From Octopus vulgaris (lineage: Eukaryota), in the NCBI GenBank assembly GCA_951406725.2, contig OX597816.1, forward strand, positions 124,620,001 through 124,684,000: a stretch of 64,000 nt of DNA, given 5' to 3'. The translations under genes were made by a program, and so were the position numbers. Within the stretch, counting starts at the first letter, position 1. Each line of letters begins with the position of its first letter. Under the pieces are notes generated by a model. That model saw nothing but the letters and a program-made list of their open reading frames with translations, made no database searches and was not told where the DNA came from. Shown one piece after another: positions 28,067 to 43,200 of this stretch.

Positions 28067-28084
28067 TATTGTCATTATTATTAT
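27945..28084 (+). repeat. SINE 3' tail followed by (CAT)n expansion
   Basis: ATTTCAGGCCTTGTACCTTTAGTAGAAA matches the tail at 50932-50960, followed by (ATT)/(CAT)n. Confidence 0.75.
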
Positions 28085-28439
28085 ATAGAAACAGAGCCAC
28101 ATACAAACGATAAATATTCATTTTCGCATTCAGTTTTCTGCCGTTACAGCACAGTGGAACATCAAAATAACTATTCAATGTCAGATATCAAATGGCTGAA
28201 AAACTTATAGATGATATATGTAAACAACGCACTTGCTCCAAGGGATATTACTGAACTACGAGACACGGTTTTTCGGCGCGAATATCACCTGTTCAATAGT
28301 CTCGTAAACATCGCTCAGGCCATTGGAGCTAATAGAATCTGTAATTTCTATCTATAGAAAGCAACAAATGAAATGTTTGCTAGGGCGTACGATGGCTTGC
28401 CAAGCAGAAATCAAATGAAGATAGGCAAATTAAATGAAT

Positions 28440-28506
<67 letters not shown>

Positions 28507-28906
28507 AACTAAAGAAATAAATGAGAAAACAAATAGGGCAGACACAATGATGATATATATTTACACGCGCACACACACACAAGAAATTATAACGAAAGAA
28601 TAAGAAATCGATGTCCTGAAGTTCATAAAATTATCTTATTCTACTTCTGGGAGGGTGACCGTCCCCGTCCCGTCAAACACGTAAATTTATTGTTCCGTAC
28701 GTTTACGCTTCTTTGTTGGTGCTCTTTGTCTATCTGCGTATATATAAATGTACTTGCTTTCCCAAATAAAACTGCACTTTATGTTTGAAGCGCCGATGAA
28801 GCTTAGGGAAATACACAAACATTCAACGAACATCACATTGCATCATACAGGAGAAATAGATGTAAGCTAATGTATTTCATGAAGTACTTTGTTATTCCTT
28901 TGTCAT

Positions 28907-28907
<1 letters not shown>

Positions 28908-29004
<97 letters not shown>

Positions 29005-29016
29005 ATATTATATATA

Positions 29017-29095
<79 letters not shown>
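28908..29095. repeat. Compound (TCTA)/(TC)/(TA)n microsatellite
   Basis: Directly visible. Confidence 0.95.
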
Positions 29096-29096
<1 letters not shown>

Positions 29097-30352
29097 TTGT
29101 CTGTCTGCCTATCAATCTATATGTGTGTATGTGTGATTGTCTGTGTGTATGTGTGTGTATAAATATGTATGTATGAATGTATGTATGTATATAAATATAC
29201 ATATTCATTTACACCATCAGTACATAAATTTGACTACTTGGCGTCATTCCCATCACAGCGTAATTTATTAGGCATGCGAGACGAATGAATGAAAAGGTCA
29301 AAACTTAGTTTTGTGCAAATGATTATACATGTTTATATTCACAGCACTTTCACAATCATAAAGATAGATATATACATATACATATATATACGAGCAAAAC
29401 GCCCCCGTCCAAACATTTAAACTAAATTTTCTCAAAACAACTTGTCCGACTGTCCCATAGGCCTCCCCTTTGAGAAACACTGATTTAACCTAAATTTGAG
29501 ACACCAGTAAGAGAAGAAATAAAAATAGACTTATTTGTATTCCAAAGAAAAACGATTTTATTCACACAAATATGTAACCAAAGAGTTTAAAGTAGCAGTA
29601 ATGATAAGGCTGTTGACTCGGAGAACACAAACATGGTTTAAACAGTAAGCTTGGAAGGAAAGAAACGTGCCTTTAAGCAGCACAAAAACAACAAAAATGA
29701 AAGGTGCATTTATGTACAGGTTGGCGGAAGAAAAGCAGGTTAAAAACGGCTTTATCGATCGCATACTCACGCCCTTCCAATTACTATAGATCAGTAATGC
29801 ATATTACGGCTGTACCGGTCACCTGTATGGTGAGGAATCCTACACTGAGGTGTGGTAACGAATAGGGTAGGGTAGTTGACTGCTTATTGTGATCATTCGT
29901 CTTTTGGTTTCCTCTAGCTTTGCTTGCTTTTTCAAACCCAGTGGGCATTCATATATTTCCGATTTCAAAGAAATTTAAGCGATAGATATAAGACACAAGT
30001 TAAAAAAGATTCTCAACAATTCAACTTCTCTGATTGTCTTTAAGATCCCCACATATTAGGGGCCTTAACTCCCACATTTTAGATCTCCATATGCTCAATT
30101 TTTCAGGAGTAAAAACCGTTGAATAGGTTCTTTAAGACTTGGATTTTGAAATCTGGGCATAAAGATGAATACAATGGGATAAATATGTCATGATTAGAAT
30201 TTTTGTTACGATGCGTCAAGAGGGAAAGAAACCTCATTAAACTTCTTAATCTCCAATTTTGATGAAATTTGAATCATAGGTATTCCAGTTAACTAGAGAA
30301 AAATTATTCAACGCCAGGTATCTCTGCTAGTATATATATATATATATGTATG

Positions 30353-30427
<75 letters not shown>

Positions 30428-30428
<1 letters not shown>

Positions 30429-30650
30429 CGTTCTTTCAACATGTGATCTCTTGAGCACCACCACCAAAGAAATTTTTTTCCTCTGTGTTCCCTTCTCGGG
30501 ATCTTTCCTTCTCCTTTGTTTCCGACGAAAAGCTCCGCTCGAAACGTTAAACCCTCCTTCCCTTCTTTCCTGAGCGTCAAATAATACTTTAATTGTTCCA
30601 CGTCCTCGCGTTGCTGTGTTTTTTTCTGTGTTTTCTTGTTTGGATTAACT
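30428..30650 (+). mobile_element. PLE pseudo-LTR-like fragment in (TA)n
   Basis: Flanked by (TA)n on both sides and contains a hammerhead-like motif at 30518-30552. Confidence 0.6.
30518..30552 (+). ncRNA. Minimal hammerhead-like motif (U4C variant)
   Basis: GTTT-CCGACGA-A-AAGC(TCC)GCTC-GAAA-CG-TT-AAAC. Stem I GTTT/AAAC, stem II AGC/GCT, palindromic AACGTT. Confidence 0.6.
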
Positions 30651-30670
30651 ATATATATATATATATATAC

Positions 30671-30980
30671 ATTAGATCGTCAAGTAAGAAATTTGTAGAA
30701 AAGAAAAATAATTTGCTAATGTTTTATAAATACAAGGAATAGTTTTATCCATCAAAGTATGCACCCATATTGTCAACAATACAATTTTGTCATTTCAGGG
30801 GTAGCTTGTCCAGCAGGGAACTGTAAAATACTGGCAATCTAGAGTCAATAAAATCTTGGAAGGCCTGTTTTATAGCATCGTAGGAATTAAATATTTTTCT
30901 ATCAAAAATTTATCCAAATTCGGGAATAAGTGATAGTCAATGTGGGCAAGATCAGGTGAGTAAGGTGGATGATGGAGAAC
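30671..30980 (-). mobile_element. Mariner transposase 3' remnant with terminal repeat
   Basis: VLHHPPYSPDLAHIDYHLFPNLDKFL...FQDFIDSR...KLPLK*QNC...GAYFD contains the mariner YSPDLAPxD motif. TIR-like ATTAGATCGTC at 30671. Confidence 0.9.
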
Positions 30981-31477
30981 ATACACACACAGATATATAT
31001 GTGTGCATGTGTATCTTCTATTTTTGAATTATTATAAATCTTCCACTGAAGAGGGAGCTGGTTTCCAACAAAAATAAAAGGCTCCATCTTTAGGATGTAG
31101 TTAACACGGACAAATTCACATATAGAACTTGAAAAAAGTCTTATGTAGGTGGAATGTATTATTCCACCTACAGATTACATTCGTAATGTACGAACTAGCT
31201 GATAGATTTCTCTTTCTGAAAATACCAGTTTATTCAGTTTCTCCTTTGAGCATTTACTACCAAAACCTAGTGCTCCAATTATGAATGGATGCATATATAT
31301 ATACATATATATATATAAAATTACATATACATAGAGCACAACAATGCACTATAATACAAACAATGGGATCAACAGGTATATAGCCTATTGTTTGTATCAT
31401 AGTGCACTGTTGTACCATTCAAAACTTTTTATTCTTTACAAACAATACACAGTGCTTGAAGTGAACTGCAATACTCT

Positions 31478-31565
<88 letters not shown>

Positions 31566-32455
31566 AAGAGAAATAAAATACAACTCATAAAGTAGAGAAC
31601 ATGTCTAGCATTTCGTGGCGAAGCGCCTGTGTAATTGAATGAAATTTGAATGTTACATCATATTTATGGAAGAAACTGTACTTTAGAAAATACGCTTTAG
31701 CATTTCAAATGAACATTTGCATTTTTACAAGTAGTTATTTTTATTCTTATTAAATGCGAAATTCCTTGTTTTCATGTGACATATTTAACGAACGAATTTG
31801 ACCTCTATTAATTTTATGTAAATTTCAGACCATATCCTTTCTAACAAATATTCATCACGAAAATCTAATCGAGCCCTCGTTATCATGGTGGAAGAGATCT
31901 TTTCTACCTTGATGATAGAGGTTGGATTTATCGAATGTTGATTGCTTCCATTACAGTCACTTATTGTGATGGACTACATCTACTAGCATTATGATGGATC
32001 TCCGAGCCCCCAGAAACAGTTGTTGGTTTCATAGCACCTTCCCCTAACACACCTTTTATTTCCTCTCTCGTTTATACTCGGTGTAAGTTAAATCAATTAA
32101 TTTAAATATCTGTATGTTTATACTTAAATATTCATTGTCTGAAAGACTACTTTAGTTTTCGCTCATTTTGCATGTATCCATATATATATATTGTGGATTT
32201 CATACCCAAACAGTTACGTTTAATACATTTAATTTGTTTATCCTCACAGTTGCCTCCATATCTATTCAACTTGACCTCTCCCTCTTGTATCCATTCTTTA
32301 CCCCGTGAAATTGATTCCCTGATAATGACATCAGTGTCTAACTTTGAATTATTTGAGCACTACTTTCTTCTATACTGTTAATCTTGGATCTCATCCGTTA
32401 ACTACGCACAGACATATATACACATAGATACATACATACACATATATATATGCAT

Positions 32456-34879
32456 TAGAGTGACCCTTATTTTTCAACTTTCTATATTGTTCTAATTAAC
32501 CAAAAAAAAAGCAATCTATGCAACATTTTAGCTCAGTCGAACAACTGGAAGGCGACTATCGACCATGAAATTTCGAAGTTTTAGCACGGAAAGTAATTTT
32601 TTTCAGATAGAATTTTCTTATCTCTTATATAATTTTCTCTGAAATTAAAAACTTGTTCTGACTTATTCTTGGTAATAGAAAGATAAGTGACAATAAATAT
32701 AATGGTGAAGGCAACTTGCAAATCTGGGGACAGAGCGTAGTCATAGGGTAAACATTTATTTTTCGCCGTCATCCATTCGGCGGCTAGCTGTGAGCGAGTG
32801 AAGTTGTGAGTTGCGTTCGTCCATTGAAAAAATTTTACTGCCCCTAATGGCAGTGTTGAGAAATAACATAGGAAATATACGTCAGTGATAAACAGTGAAC
32901 TAATATGACTTGCCCGTGTTTGTAAATATAAGTTCATTTATTTCTAATAATTTGTAATCACTCATTAATTTTGGTGTGGCACATTATAATATTGATCTTC
33001 CCCTGTTGTGTTGGTAGCCCTCACAAAGTTGTAATACCATGTTTATAACCTTTCCGTTTTTATAATGTTATGTGCTTTGTATACTTATTATCAATGCCTT
33101 AGAACAAAATTTAGAGAAGCGAGACAGAAATACAGCACAAATTTAATCTAAACTACTGTCAAGGCATTGAAAAGGTTGATAGACTGGCAATAATAGTAAC
33201 TTTTCAAGGCAAGGAGCAACTGTTAGCAGTCCCTGAAATTCCAACATGTCCAGGATAACAGCAAACCACGGCTGTTTACCGAGCGGTGGAAGTACTTACC
33301 TGTGATACAACAGAAAGCAGCAGAGTTCAAGTGAATGGTGCCAGTACAAATCTAGAAAAGTTGTTCAATCACGACCTGTTGCGTTCCCTTGCCGTCAACA
33401 CATTTCTAATTTAGTCTTTAGGAGCTGTTTTGAGTCACTGATGGGTGCAAATTCTGGTCCAGACATGTAGTATTTCAAGAGATTTAGAGAAACCTGGACG
33501 GAACTCAACAAGGTTTACATAACTAGTAGCAATGAAGTGTCTGATGATGTCCGCTCTACCATTCTTGATTTCTTGAATACCACCCTTCTAAGGAAAAACA
33601 ACAGCGAAATGATTACCTAAAATTGTTGGAGTAACGATGATCTGTGTTCGCAGCATATCGTTTCGTATACCAGGAATTGTAAATCATGATAGGTGGATGT
33701 CAAAAGCAAGTTATGCATTCAAGATGTACGTGTTTCAAGATCAGTTTCAGTTATCTCCTGAGGAGAAGAACTCTTTAAGAAGAATATACATTTTTCATGC
33801 TCAAGTGGTGTATGTTCAAGCCTGGTTTCTGTCATCAAAGCAATTAAAGCAACTTATCATGATTTCTAATTGATGTGTCATCTGACAAATTATCAGAATA
33901 TTGATCAAAATATCAGTAAGGCTGCTGCCAAAAAATCCCATTCATCTCTGGTACTTAGCTCAAGAAACTGTGCCACTATCCATATTTGATGACGATGATC
34001 CAAGATAAGTGAAGGCGAATATTGCTCAAATTATCCTGGAAGCAGACAAAGGTGAAGAAAAAGAAGAAAAAACGCAACTGAAGAGGTACATTCTGCACCA
34101 AAAATACTTTTTTCTTTCTTTTCAAACATTGAGTATCCGTCTTTTGTAACTCCTGGTACAAAAATGTTCTTCACGAGGTTTTCTACCAACATCGATTTCC
34201 TCGACCAAACCCTTCAACATGGAAGGATGATCCTAGTTACAAAAGTGGACTTGAAAAACTTGAAAAGACAGTTGTTGTGAATGATGTTGCAGAAAGAGGT
34301 GTCAAACTCATTCAGGGTTATAATAACATTCCTACAAAAGATGAAATTGATCGTTACCGAACAACTTAAAACTTTCCAAACTGCCACTAAATCCTCTCTT
34401 ATGCAAAAATAATGTTCAATATTCAGTGTCCAGTGTTATCATTATGTTTTTGGTTGTATAGAAATTATTGCTGCAAATAAAAATGCGTTTCTCTTATAGA
34501 AGTTGCCTGTTTTATTAAGAAAACCTAATATTCATACGTTTTCTATCTTATTTCAGGATATTTTCGAATTAGTTATTGGTTAATTTGATTCAGAACTTTT
34601 TTAAACATCTGTTGGAGTTGTCTGGATGTGTCCACATAAATTTCTCTAAGAATAAAAAAGAAAATGATGGAGAAAGGGAAGAGTATACCGCTTTTGAAAA
34701 CAATTAATCGTTGCGTACACTATTTTCCAACTTCATAGCGTTTGAGGGTCACCTAGAAGTTGTCTGATTAAGGTGAAATTTTGCACACCCAGTTATTTTG
34801 TTCATTGGAACAAGATTAGTGGGTGGGGGCATCAAAACTGTAACTTTCGAAATATCACCTATTGGTAAGGGCCACTCTA
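32456..34879 (+). mobile_element. Full-length decayed hAT (hATm-type) DNA transposon
   Basis: TIRs TAGAGTGACCCTTA / TAAGGGCCACTCTA. 8-bp TSD ATATGCAT vs ATATACAT (7/8). Transposase motifs PCRQH, PGIVNHDRWMSKASYAFKMY, HLWYL and VVNDVAERGVKLIQ, with stops and frameshifts. Confidence 0.85.
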
Positions 34880-37115
34880 ATATACATTCATATATATATA
34901 TATATGTGTGTGTATGTATGTGTGTATATATAGTTGGTTTGGTGCTCGTGTGCGTGTGTGTATATGTGTGTGAGATTATGTGCATGTGTTTGAACGCAAG
35001 ATAATAAATGCATGCTTGTTTACGATTTTGAAATCTATATATGCATACATTTCGTTTGTGTTTAACTTTTAATGCTGTTATTATTTTGTAAGGAATATTA
35101 TGTAACACAAAGTTATGTCACATTCTCTTGCAGCAGACCTCTATCTCCTATGCTAGCAATCGACTTGTTTGAAAGCAAATGTATTTTTCAACAAAATGTT
35201 TATTAGATTAGAGTTCTTTTCCGAAATATTAAAACGATAGACTTGCATTATTCTAAGAGAATATCGGCGCATCGTAGTGCAATTAAGCATCATGTTGACA
35301 TTGAAGTATATTTCATAGGTGATTTATTCATGAATTCTGTCGTGATATTCTTGCTACATATATTCATAAATATGACAAAAAGAAAATGTGAATAGATGTT
35401 TCACTTATATAAGCAATTGCTCTTCTTTTGTTGTTAGAATTAATTTTATGCTGTGTGATATCTCTCGCAAAACAGTCATTGCAGACTTCTTATTGTTATA
35501 GAATATTGTTACCAGTAGGTTACAGACAAATAGACTGAGAATTACAAATAAGATTTATATTTAAATAACGTTGCCTATTTATTCCCCGATGATATTAAAA
35601 TATATATCCTTACTATCATTACTACATTTTGGACAGTTATATTGAATGCGAAAACAAAGGCATGTGTGTAAGCAAATAAACATTGAATGAATTCTGGTTA
35701 TTTTTTTCCAGTTAGATTAAGTTTGAGAGTAGACAGAAATGACCAATACATGCTGCAAATATGCCATTAATACCGAATAAATGAATAGTTGATATTAGCC
35801 AATTTGAACTAAAATCTAGTAAACACTACTATAGATAACAGAACGTAAAGGTATATGTTTACTTTTTATCTGTGGTATCACGTTAGAAAAAGATATTAAA
35901 GTCTACGTGAACGCCTAAGTAAAGAAAAGCACTCTTAAACTTATAGTTGGTATTTGTTAGTTGGCAAGTGAGAAATTTTCCTTAGAAACCACATACCATT
36001 TTCCCCATGTCTAACACATTAGTAATACAAAGTATTTTATCTTTGCATAATTTGGAATATAATCACTTGGATTAAGCATTGATATGGTAGGGTTTATATT
36101 CTGCAGTTGCATTATGTTTCATATTTCAAAAGAATGATAAATACTTGCTAAATGTGTGCTTTGACATTAAGTTGCTTTCTGAAAATGTCACAAGAGATAA
36201 TATGTGTTAAAAATGAGATAATAGAAAATCTTTTTTATAATTGGTTCTATTACGTATGATTTGAGTGATAGTGAAAAGCAAAGTTTATTATTGAAAAATG
36301 TTTATTGGATTTCACATCGGTGGTATTTCTATAAAAATCAGAAAACAAGGCAAAAAGATACTGAAGCTATATATATTTATATGCGTAAAGAAAAGAAGAT
36401 GAATGATAATTTGGTACTCTTTCAGAATAAAATACAATAGTATTGGAGTTGTTATTTCTATCTGTATTTTACACAATATACAGACATAGCTATCGTATTT
36501 GTCATTCATAGCGATATTTTGATAACTGAAATGGGAATTCTGATCCATGTAAACTTTCAAAATATAGCTCTATGTTACTCATTTTCATATGCATTAATAT
36601 TAGCCTTATCATTTACATTGTTAAACCTACTATTGGTTCTCAGGAAAACATTGGTCGCCCATTGAACATTCTATAATCTCATTCGCCCCTATTTTTCGAT
36701 TCAAAACGGAATTGTAAGCAGTAATGTTCTACCAACTAACTCATTGCCCTTTCACATTTAACTCTATAATACTTTTAATTCGGTTCGATTTAATTCGTTC
36801 TTGGATTTATCGTTCTACCATGACCAATAGTATAATGTTTAAAATCGATGAATAAAGTAAATATGAAAGTTGCTTCAGATGTGAGATACGCCAAACAGAA
36901 AACAACTTACGCATACACACTCAGTCTCAATTGAAAGAGGAGTGCGTCAGGTTATAACATTGCGCTATTGGTTCCCTGGTTACAGATCGTTTATCAAATT
37001 ATGTAAATTCTACAGTTTGTCTTGCTTGTTTATTATTCACCCACAAAAACAATCCATGCTGTTCTGAAACTTTCGGTATTATACGTCATTATCTAAATCT
37101 GCTCAAGGTAGCTAC

Positions 37116-37297
37116 CTGGCAGAAATGAATCGAATGCTTAGCGGCATTTCTTCCAGATTTACTTTCCAAGTTCAAATTCCGCCCAGGTCGACTTTACTTT
37201 TCCTCTGTTCGTGATCAGTAAAATAAGTATCACTTCAGAATTAGGATCGGTGTAATCAACTTTCACACCCCTCAAAATTTCTGACCGTGTGACAAAA
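37116..37297 (+). mobile_element. Degenerate Meta-like SINE
   Basis: AGTTCAAATTCCGCCCAGGTCGACTTTACTTTTC...AAAATAAGTA...TGTAATCAAC. Confidence 0.7.
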
Positions 37298-38672
37298 CAA
37301 TAAAAATGATTTAGTCAAATCAACATTTACATTACTCCAATTTACTGTCTCCATAAAATTAAACAAATATACCCCTGGAATTAAGAAGTAAGACTACATT
37401 TTAGATTATTTTCCTGTTAATTACGTAACGTATTTCACTTCTAGTATTAAATATACCATTCCTTTACATTCTAAATCCTTTGAAACCCATTTTCACTTTA
37501 AATAATTTCTGATTAAAAAATTAATTATTCTAGTATTGTGGTCAAGTAGATTTACTATACACTAACCTAAACTCAATGGTTTGTGACTGATAAAAAATGA
37601 TATTAAATATAAGTCATCGTAAACAAAATACTCTGTATAATTTCGTTACCGAAAATATTTTTTTCCAGTTTAAATGTCACCTTCTTCTAACCTTCCTTTC
37701 ATTTTTTAGGTGTCAACAAAATTATATCAAGTAATTGCTGGTGTCAATTTAACTGACCGTACACTTCCCTTACATAGGTAGCTCTTTATCAGCGCTATAT
37801 ATCAGAATTACACATATCTGTATTAAATAAATCGGTTTTAACTTTGAAACAAAAGATAGTAAGTAGAATACTGGACTAAAATCTCTGGGTAAACTTCAGC
37901 TTTTCTCCATCCAAAGAAATGCTTAACATAATCTTCTATGTGCTATCATTTATAGCGTTATCTTCTTCAAGTTCACAGCCACAAAGGTTTATTTCACATC
38001 TCGCGAGGTTTCTAAATTTGTATCGTATAAGCATCATACAATTGTTGCTGTTTCGAAATGGCTTCTCAAATGGATAGAGAAAATTTGAAGTGTTACTTGA
38101 TAAAATGTTAGTACATTTCTTGTATACAGAAGATGTGGGCACGTGTCTCGAGTTCCACTGTTATAAATAACTTATTTCATATCTCTCGATAGTACCAGTT
38201 TCTTTTGCTGTAAACAACATGTCTATATTATCTTAAAGTAGAAATTACTTCATATTATATAGTCTAGAATCTTTGTTTGAAAAGAAGAACAACATATTTT
38301 ACTGTAATTCATTAGCGATTAAGCAAATTTATTTTCTACTGTTTGATGGTTCCAATGAGGATATATGTTCAGCCGGTAATTTTGCAAAATTTAAGGCCGC
38401 TTAATAAAATTTTGCTTCATAAGTATTGTGTTGTTTTACTAAACAATTCCGATTGGTTATTTCATGTTCCTATATGTCAAAATGTTTAACCATTGTCACC
38501 TTTGCTTATGTTTGTTTTCTTTTTATAGCGCTAAAGTTGGAGTTTGACATTATCAGCTTTGTAGAGTTCAAGAGATCGCAGTTTCTTGAATTGCACAAAA
38601 GTAATGACATTCAGCAAAAAGAAAAACAAGTGACATAAAAAATATTTTTAATGTAGTTATTCCATTTTATTG

Positions 38673-38736
<64 letters not shown>

Positions 38737-41700
38737 CATGAGATGTTGTTTATCAGAACTACTACTCTCTCCGATTCATTTCCTTTCTGTTTTTTAATGC
38801 AATATTTAAGCTTTTCCCGTGGAGTAAAGTTGTATGCATCTATTAATATTTTAAAAGTTTTAGTTGGAAACTATTATCTTTCGAATTGTTGCAATAGAAA
38901 TGTTTATGGTAAAAAAAGCTCTTACCGGAATTCATCTCTTTAAATTCTGTTTCATAATTGAAATTTGGAAGAAAATTATAACGTAGAAGATGTATGAATT
39001 CAAAAACAAAACATAAAAGAAAGCATAATTGTCAACAAATAGAATATTCCCTTTAGGGAAAATGTGTAACCAAATAAAAAATATCTCGATTTGAAAAGGA
39101 AATTAACATTCTGCAGGAAATCAGCCTCTGTCATCTGACACTTTAAAAAATGCAAAGACATAAAGCTTTCAGTTAAAAATATTCAGTAGAAGTTACATTG
39201 ATGCTCAGGTTGACCGATACCGTATCAATAATCAAATATTAAATAGTTATATAAAAATGTACGAACATAAATATATATTAACAAAAATGGGAATACAATA
39301 TTTATGCATTCAAAAATGCAAATATTTTCTATAAAGTTAATCTTCATAAATTTAGCCTTGATGAATTTCCTGCAGACTATGCTTTAAATTCGTAATTGCG
39401 AACAAATGCAGATTTCTGTTCAAACTTTATATGAAATTCAATTTCATGAATCAGCAAAGAGTTTATCTGTGGACAAGACTTTTCTCGTAATTCTGTTAGT
39501 TTCTTCTGCATCTTATGCTGCAAACAGAAACATGTGCTATCATTTCTTTCAGGAATCAGTTTATTTCGCTTAGTAAAAATAAAAAGCCCAAATTATCAGG
39601 CAAACCAAATGCAATTTTTAACTGTAATTTTAAAAGCTCCATCATGTTGTTTTTTCCTTGCTGCTTAGCGTTATAACAGATGCATGATCAAAAATATTTC
39701 AGCAGTGACCTTCCTATCTTTTTATTATATCCAATGTATTTATAATGTACACTGCTACTTCACTGAGATCTGTAAGCTTTTTCTTCTGAGCCAGGTAACT
39801 GCATCCTGCTGCAGCACGTTTTTAAAGTTTATTTGTGATGGAACTTGCTCAGTAACTATCAATACATTCTTAGTGTTTGCACTGCTTCTAACAATAAGCA
39901 GTTCCAGCCCTTGGTCGCTGCTTTCAGACATGTAAATCAAGAGTTAAGTGTTGTAATTACATATAAGGTGTGGCACATGTAACAGTATACACATCTGTGA
40001 TACTGGTTCTCAATTGTTTTCTAGTACTCTACAGACTTAAACACACGCTTCTCTGTAGCGTATATGAATCAAAATATTTCCAGTGTGTGTGAGAATACAT
40101 GTGTAGGTCGAGGTTTGTGTATAAGGATGTAGTATTGTGTGGGTATGTATTAGTGCGTGTGTATGTGTGTGTGTGTGTGCAGAAATAAACAGTTAGATGA
40201 CACTATGTAATTAGTCTAAAACTGAACCTCCGTGTATTTAGGGGCATTTGTATGTGTGTGCGCATGTATGCGAGTGCTTCTGTGTGAATATATGTGTGTG
40301 TGCATGTGTGTGTGTGTAGATGTGCGTGCTCGCAGTCTTTACTGCATGTGACAGTTCAAATATTCTCAACCTGAACATACAGCAAAGACGTAGACGCATA
40401 TACACAACCACTCGTGAAAACAATTGCTTCCGTCTCCATAAACTCCATTGAAAGAACTTCGACCTATTGTGATCGATGTTCCTAACTCTGCTGCAAATAA
40501 TCACCTAAATAGATATTGATTTCTTACAGCAAAAATATATATTGATTTCTTACCTAAGCACAAGGCAATACATTTCTTGAAGAACTTCACTTCTGTGCTA
40601 ATCATGATTTCATGGAAGTAGAGCAACCAAATTAAAATAAACAAAAGATGTAACCCGAGTCGCTTATGGACTTCTCTAGTCCGAATACATTACACAAATT
40701 CCCTGTTTATTCAGCTTTTATCATTAGCGTCCCAAGTTACATACTAAAGTTTTCCTAAATGTTGCCCTAGCATTTTAGTTATTCGGTGAGCAATTAAAGT
40801 CTACTAAGTAACATTTGATTAAGAAAAAACTGAGCGGAAATCTATTAGTCAACATTATTGTTTTGGGACAGTAGATACTCTCCCACTTGGCTTATCACCA
40901 ACAATTTAAATGTGAGTTTCTTCAACAGAGCCGGCTCTTTTGCAAACACTCCAGCTATGGTTCAAACCTGAAGTTGATTACCTTCAACTAGTCTCTGAAA
41001 TTCTCCATAGTGGTTATTTTCGTTGCTCTTCGACGTTTAACTTAGCCATGAAAAACATTTTTCCTCTCTCAACAAGTTACATTTATCAAAAGATTAATCA
41101 TATCACTTATTCATTTTTTTTTATCAATAACAAAGTTCCTTTTAATGGTGTTTATTGCTGCTTGGAAAAAAAGAGGCTATGTGGGGAAGAAATCTGCTTT
41201 GATGTTGATGGCATTCCTAAGAATATTAGTGTCATAAGCAATATGTAAAGCGTGCTTCAAATGCGAATCAGAACAGCATAGCAGACAAAAATCACCTAGA
41301 ATATAGTTATTGGTTTAGAATTATCAATAACTTCCTCTTTTAGTGCAATACTATATTTGAAATAGGGAAAATGTTCGTTATATGTTTCGCATAATAGTTA
41401 TATGTTTACTAAAGCCTAAATAACAAAACTCCTACGTAAAAATATAATTTAAAACCGTTTACGAAATATATTAAATACTGCACATCTAACACATTTCGAA
41501 TGTTATAACGTAACTAAGGCATTTAGATGTAGGTACGATTTCTTTTGACTGAAAACAATATTAATTTTAAAGAGGTGTTATAGTGAATTAACTTGAATTG
41601 CAATTTATTGCACTTACTTATTTTAATGACCTTGGACTGAATTCAGCTCATTCAAATGGATCTAAATTCACAATACTTACAGATGAAACCATAATAAAAT

Positions 41701-41949
41701 ATTTGCTCAAAAGTTCTTCCAACCCAGTTTTATTACCTCCCAAGTTCGATATAAAACCGGTTCAGTTTGGCACTGCAGTGCAAAAGGGTAATTTTCTAAA
41801 GCATGCACAAATCTAGTGAATTGACAACAATGCTATGAAGTACAAAATCAGCTCAGAAATTATGACGATTCAAAGAAAAGCGAAGAAATTTCATGTGAGT
41901 ATGAAAGGAATGATTTTAAAGCAAATGTTTCCATAATCGATTGTGAAAT

Positions 41950-42620
41950 TCTTAAAAATAAAATTGCTTTAAGGAAATAAGTAAGTTATGTCTTTATCAG
42001 AAATAGGTGAAACCGCATTTTTTAACTAAAAAGCGGCATTGAGAATTATTTCAAAGAAAAGAGAGCCAATAATCCCTAATAATTTAGGCCTAGAGTAAAT
42101 AATTCCCGACTGAGATTTAAGCAACAGTTAACTGAAAAGATTTCGTAATCAAGTGTAACCGTAAACATTTTCTTTTGGACCACAACTCTCTTTAATCACT
42201 CTTTTAAACTCCAAAATCGAACTCTCATTAAAGACTATAAAAATTTTAATTGAGCACTTAGCACAACATTTTACAGATCTGATCCACCCATTTTAGTTCA
42301 TGATAAAAAAAATATACGCTGACGTGCCCAGCAAGAACTCATTCAGAAATTGGATTCCTTGGTAAGGAGAAAGTTATTACTGCCATTAGAATGCTCAGCA
42401 CACACAAGGCTCTGTGAAAGAGGACGTTTTACATAAGGGAGGTGAAGTAATTATCATTGCTTCGCATCTTATAAATGTTGATGGTTGAAATATTACTTCA
42501 ATTTTAGGAGACTGAATTCTCATTCATAAAGACGAAGCATGAATGTCATAATTATAGATGCATTTCTTTTTGTCTATTGTACATAAATATCTTCGCACGA
42601 ATTAGACTTGCTTGTTCAAC
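41950..42620 (+). pseudogene. Decayed CR1/Jockey-like LINE RT remnant
   Basis: ADVPSK/LIQKLDSLVRRKLLLPLE resembles FDxVPHxRLIxKLxxxGIxGKLLxWLE. Neighbouring motifs are weak. Confidence 0.45.
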
Positions 42621-42659
42621 ATATCATGTATGTCTAAAAGGAAAAACTGCATTACGACT

Positions 42660-43200
42660 CACGTATGTTCTTGAATCGCAATACGGTTTTTCTTTTAGAG
42701 TTTTGTTTTAGATTACAAATTACATGATATTGTATTGAACAACGCCCATGTCTATTGATCTAAGAAAGTCATTCGATACAGGATTATAATGCTCACCATG
42801 ACTTGTCAATTTATTTGTATAGTTACATTGTGATACAAAAGGTCAATATATTTTCTGAGGATAATTTTCACCCACTTTTATAGTCAACAGTGGTGTTAAT
42901 AGGCGATATATTCTAGCTCCAACATTTTTCTCTATCTTACTTCAGTAATGCTGAATGCTTTTCAAAAATATCATGTCGATATCTCTTTAATATACATAAC
43001 CTTAGGTGAAATTCTGAACTTGCCAAGATGAAAGCACAATCCAAGACATTTATGGTTGGCATCTGTTATACACCAATGATTATGTTATTGTGGCACATTT
43101 ATAAATTGAAATAGTGATATGCGAAATTGTGTGCTTTTCGTTACTAAATAATGTACGGCGTTCAGCCTAACCATTAGCACATGTAAAGCAACACTATTGT
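42660..43200 (+). pseudogene. Decayed RTE LINE RT remnant
   Basis: FIVNSGVNRRYILAPTFFSI, LLYTNDYVIVAH and AFSLTISTCKA correspond to GVKQGCVLAPTLFSI, LLYADDxALVAH and AFGLTISLKKT. Confidence 0.75.

Noticed and set aside
28789-28820. GCG-CCGATGA-AGCTTAGG-GAAATACAC hammerhead-like string
   Set aside because: Stems I and II do not pair and the core deviates; indistinguishable from chance without more copies.
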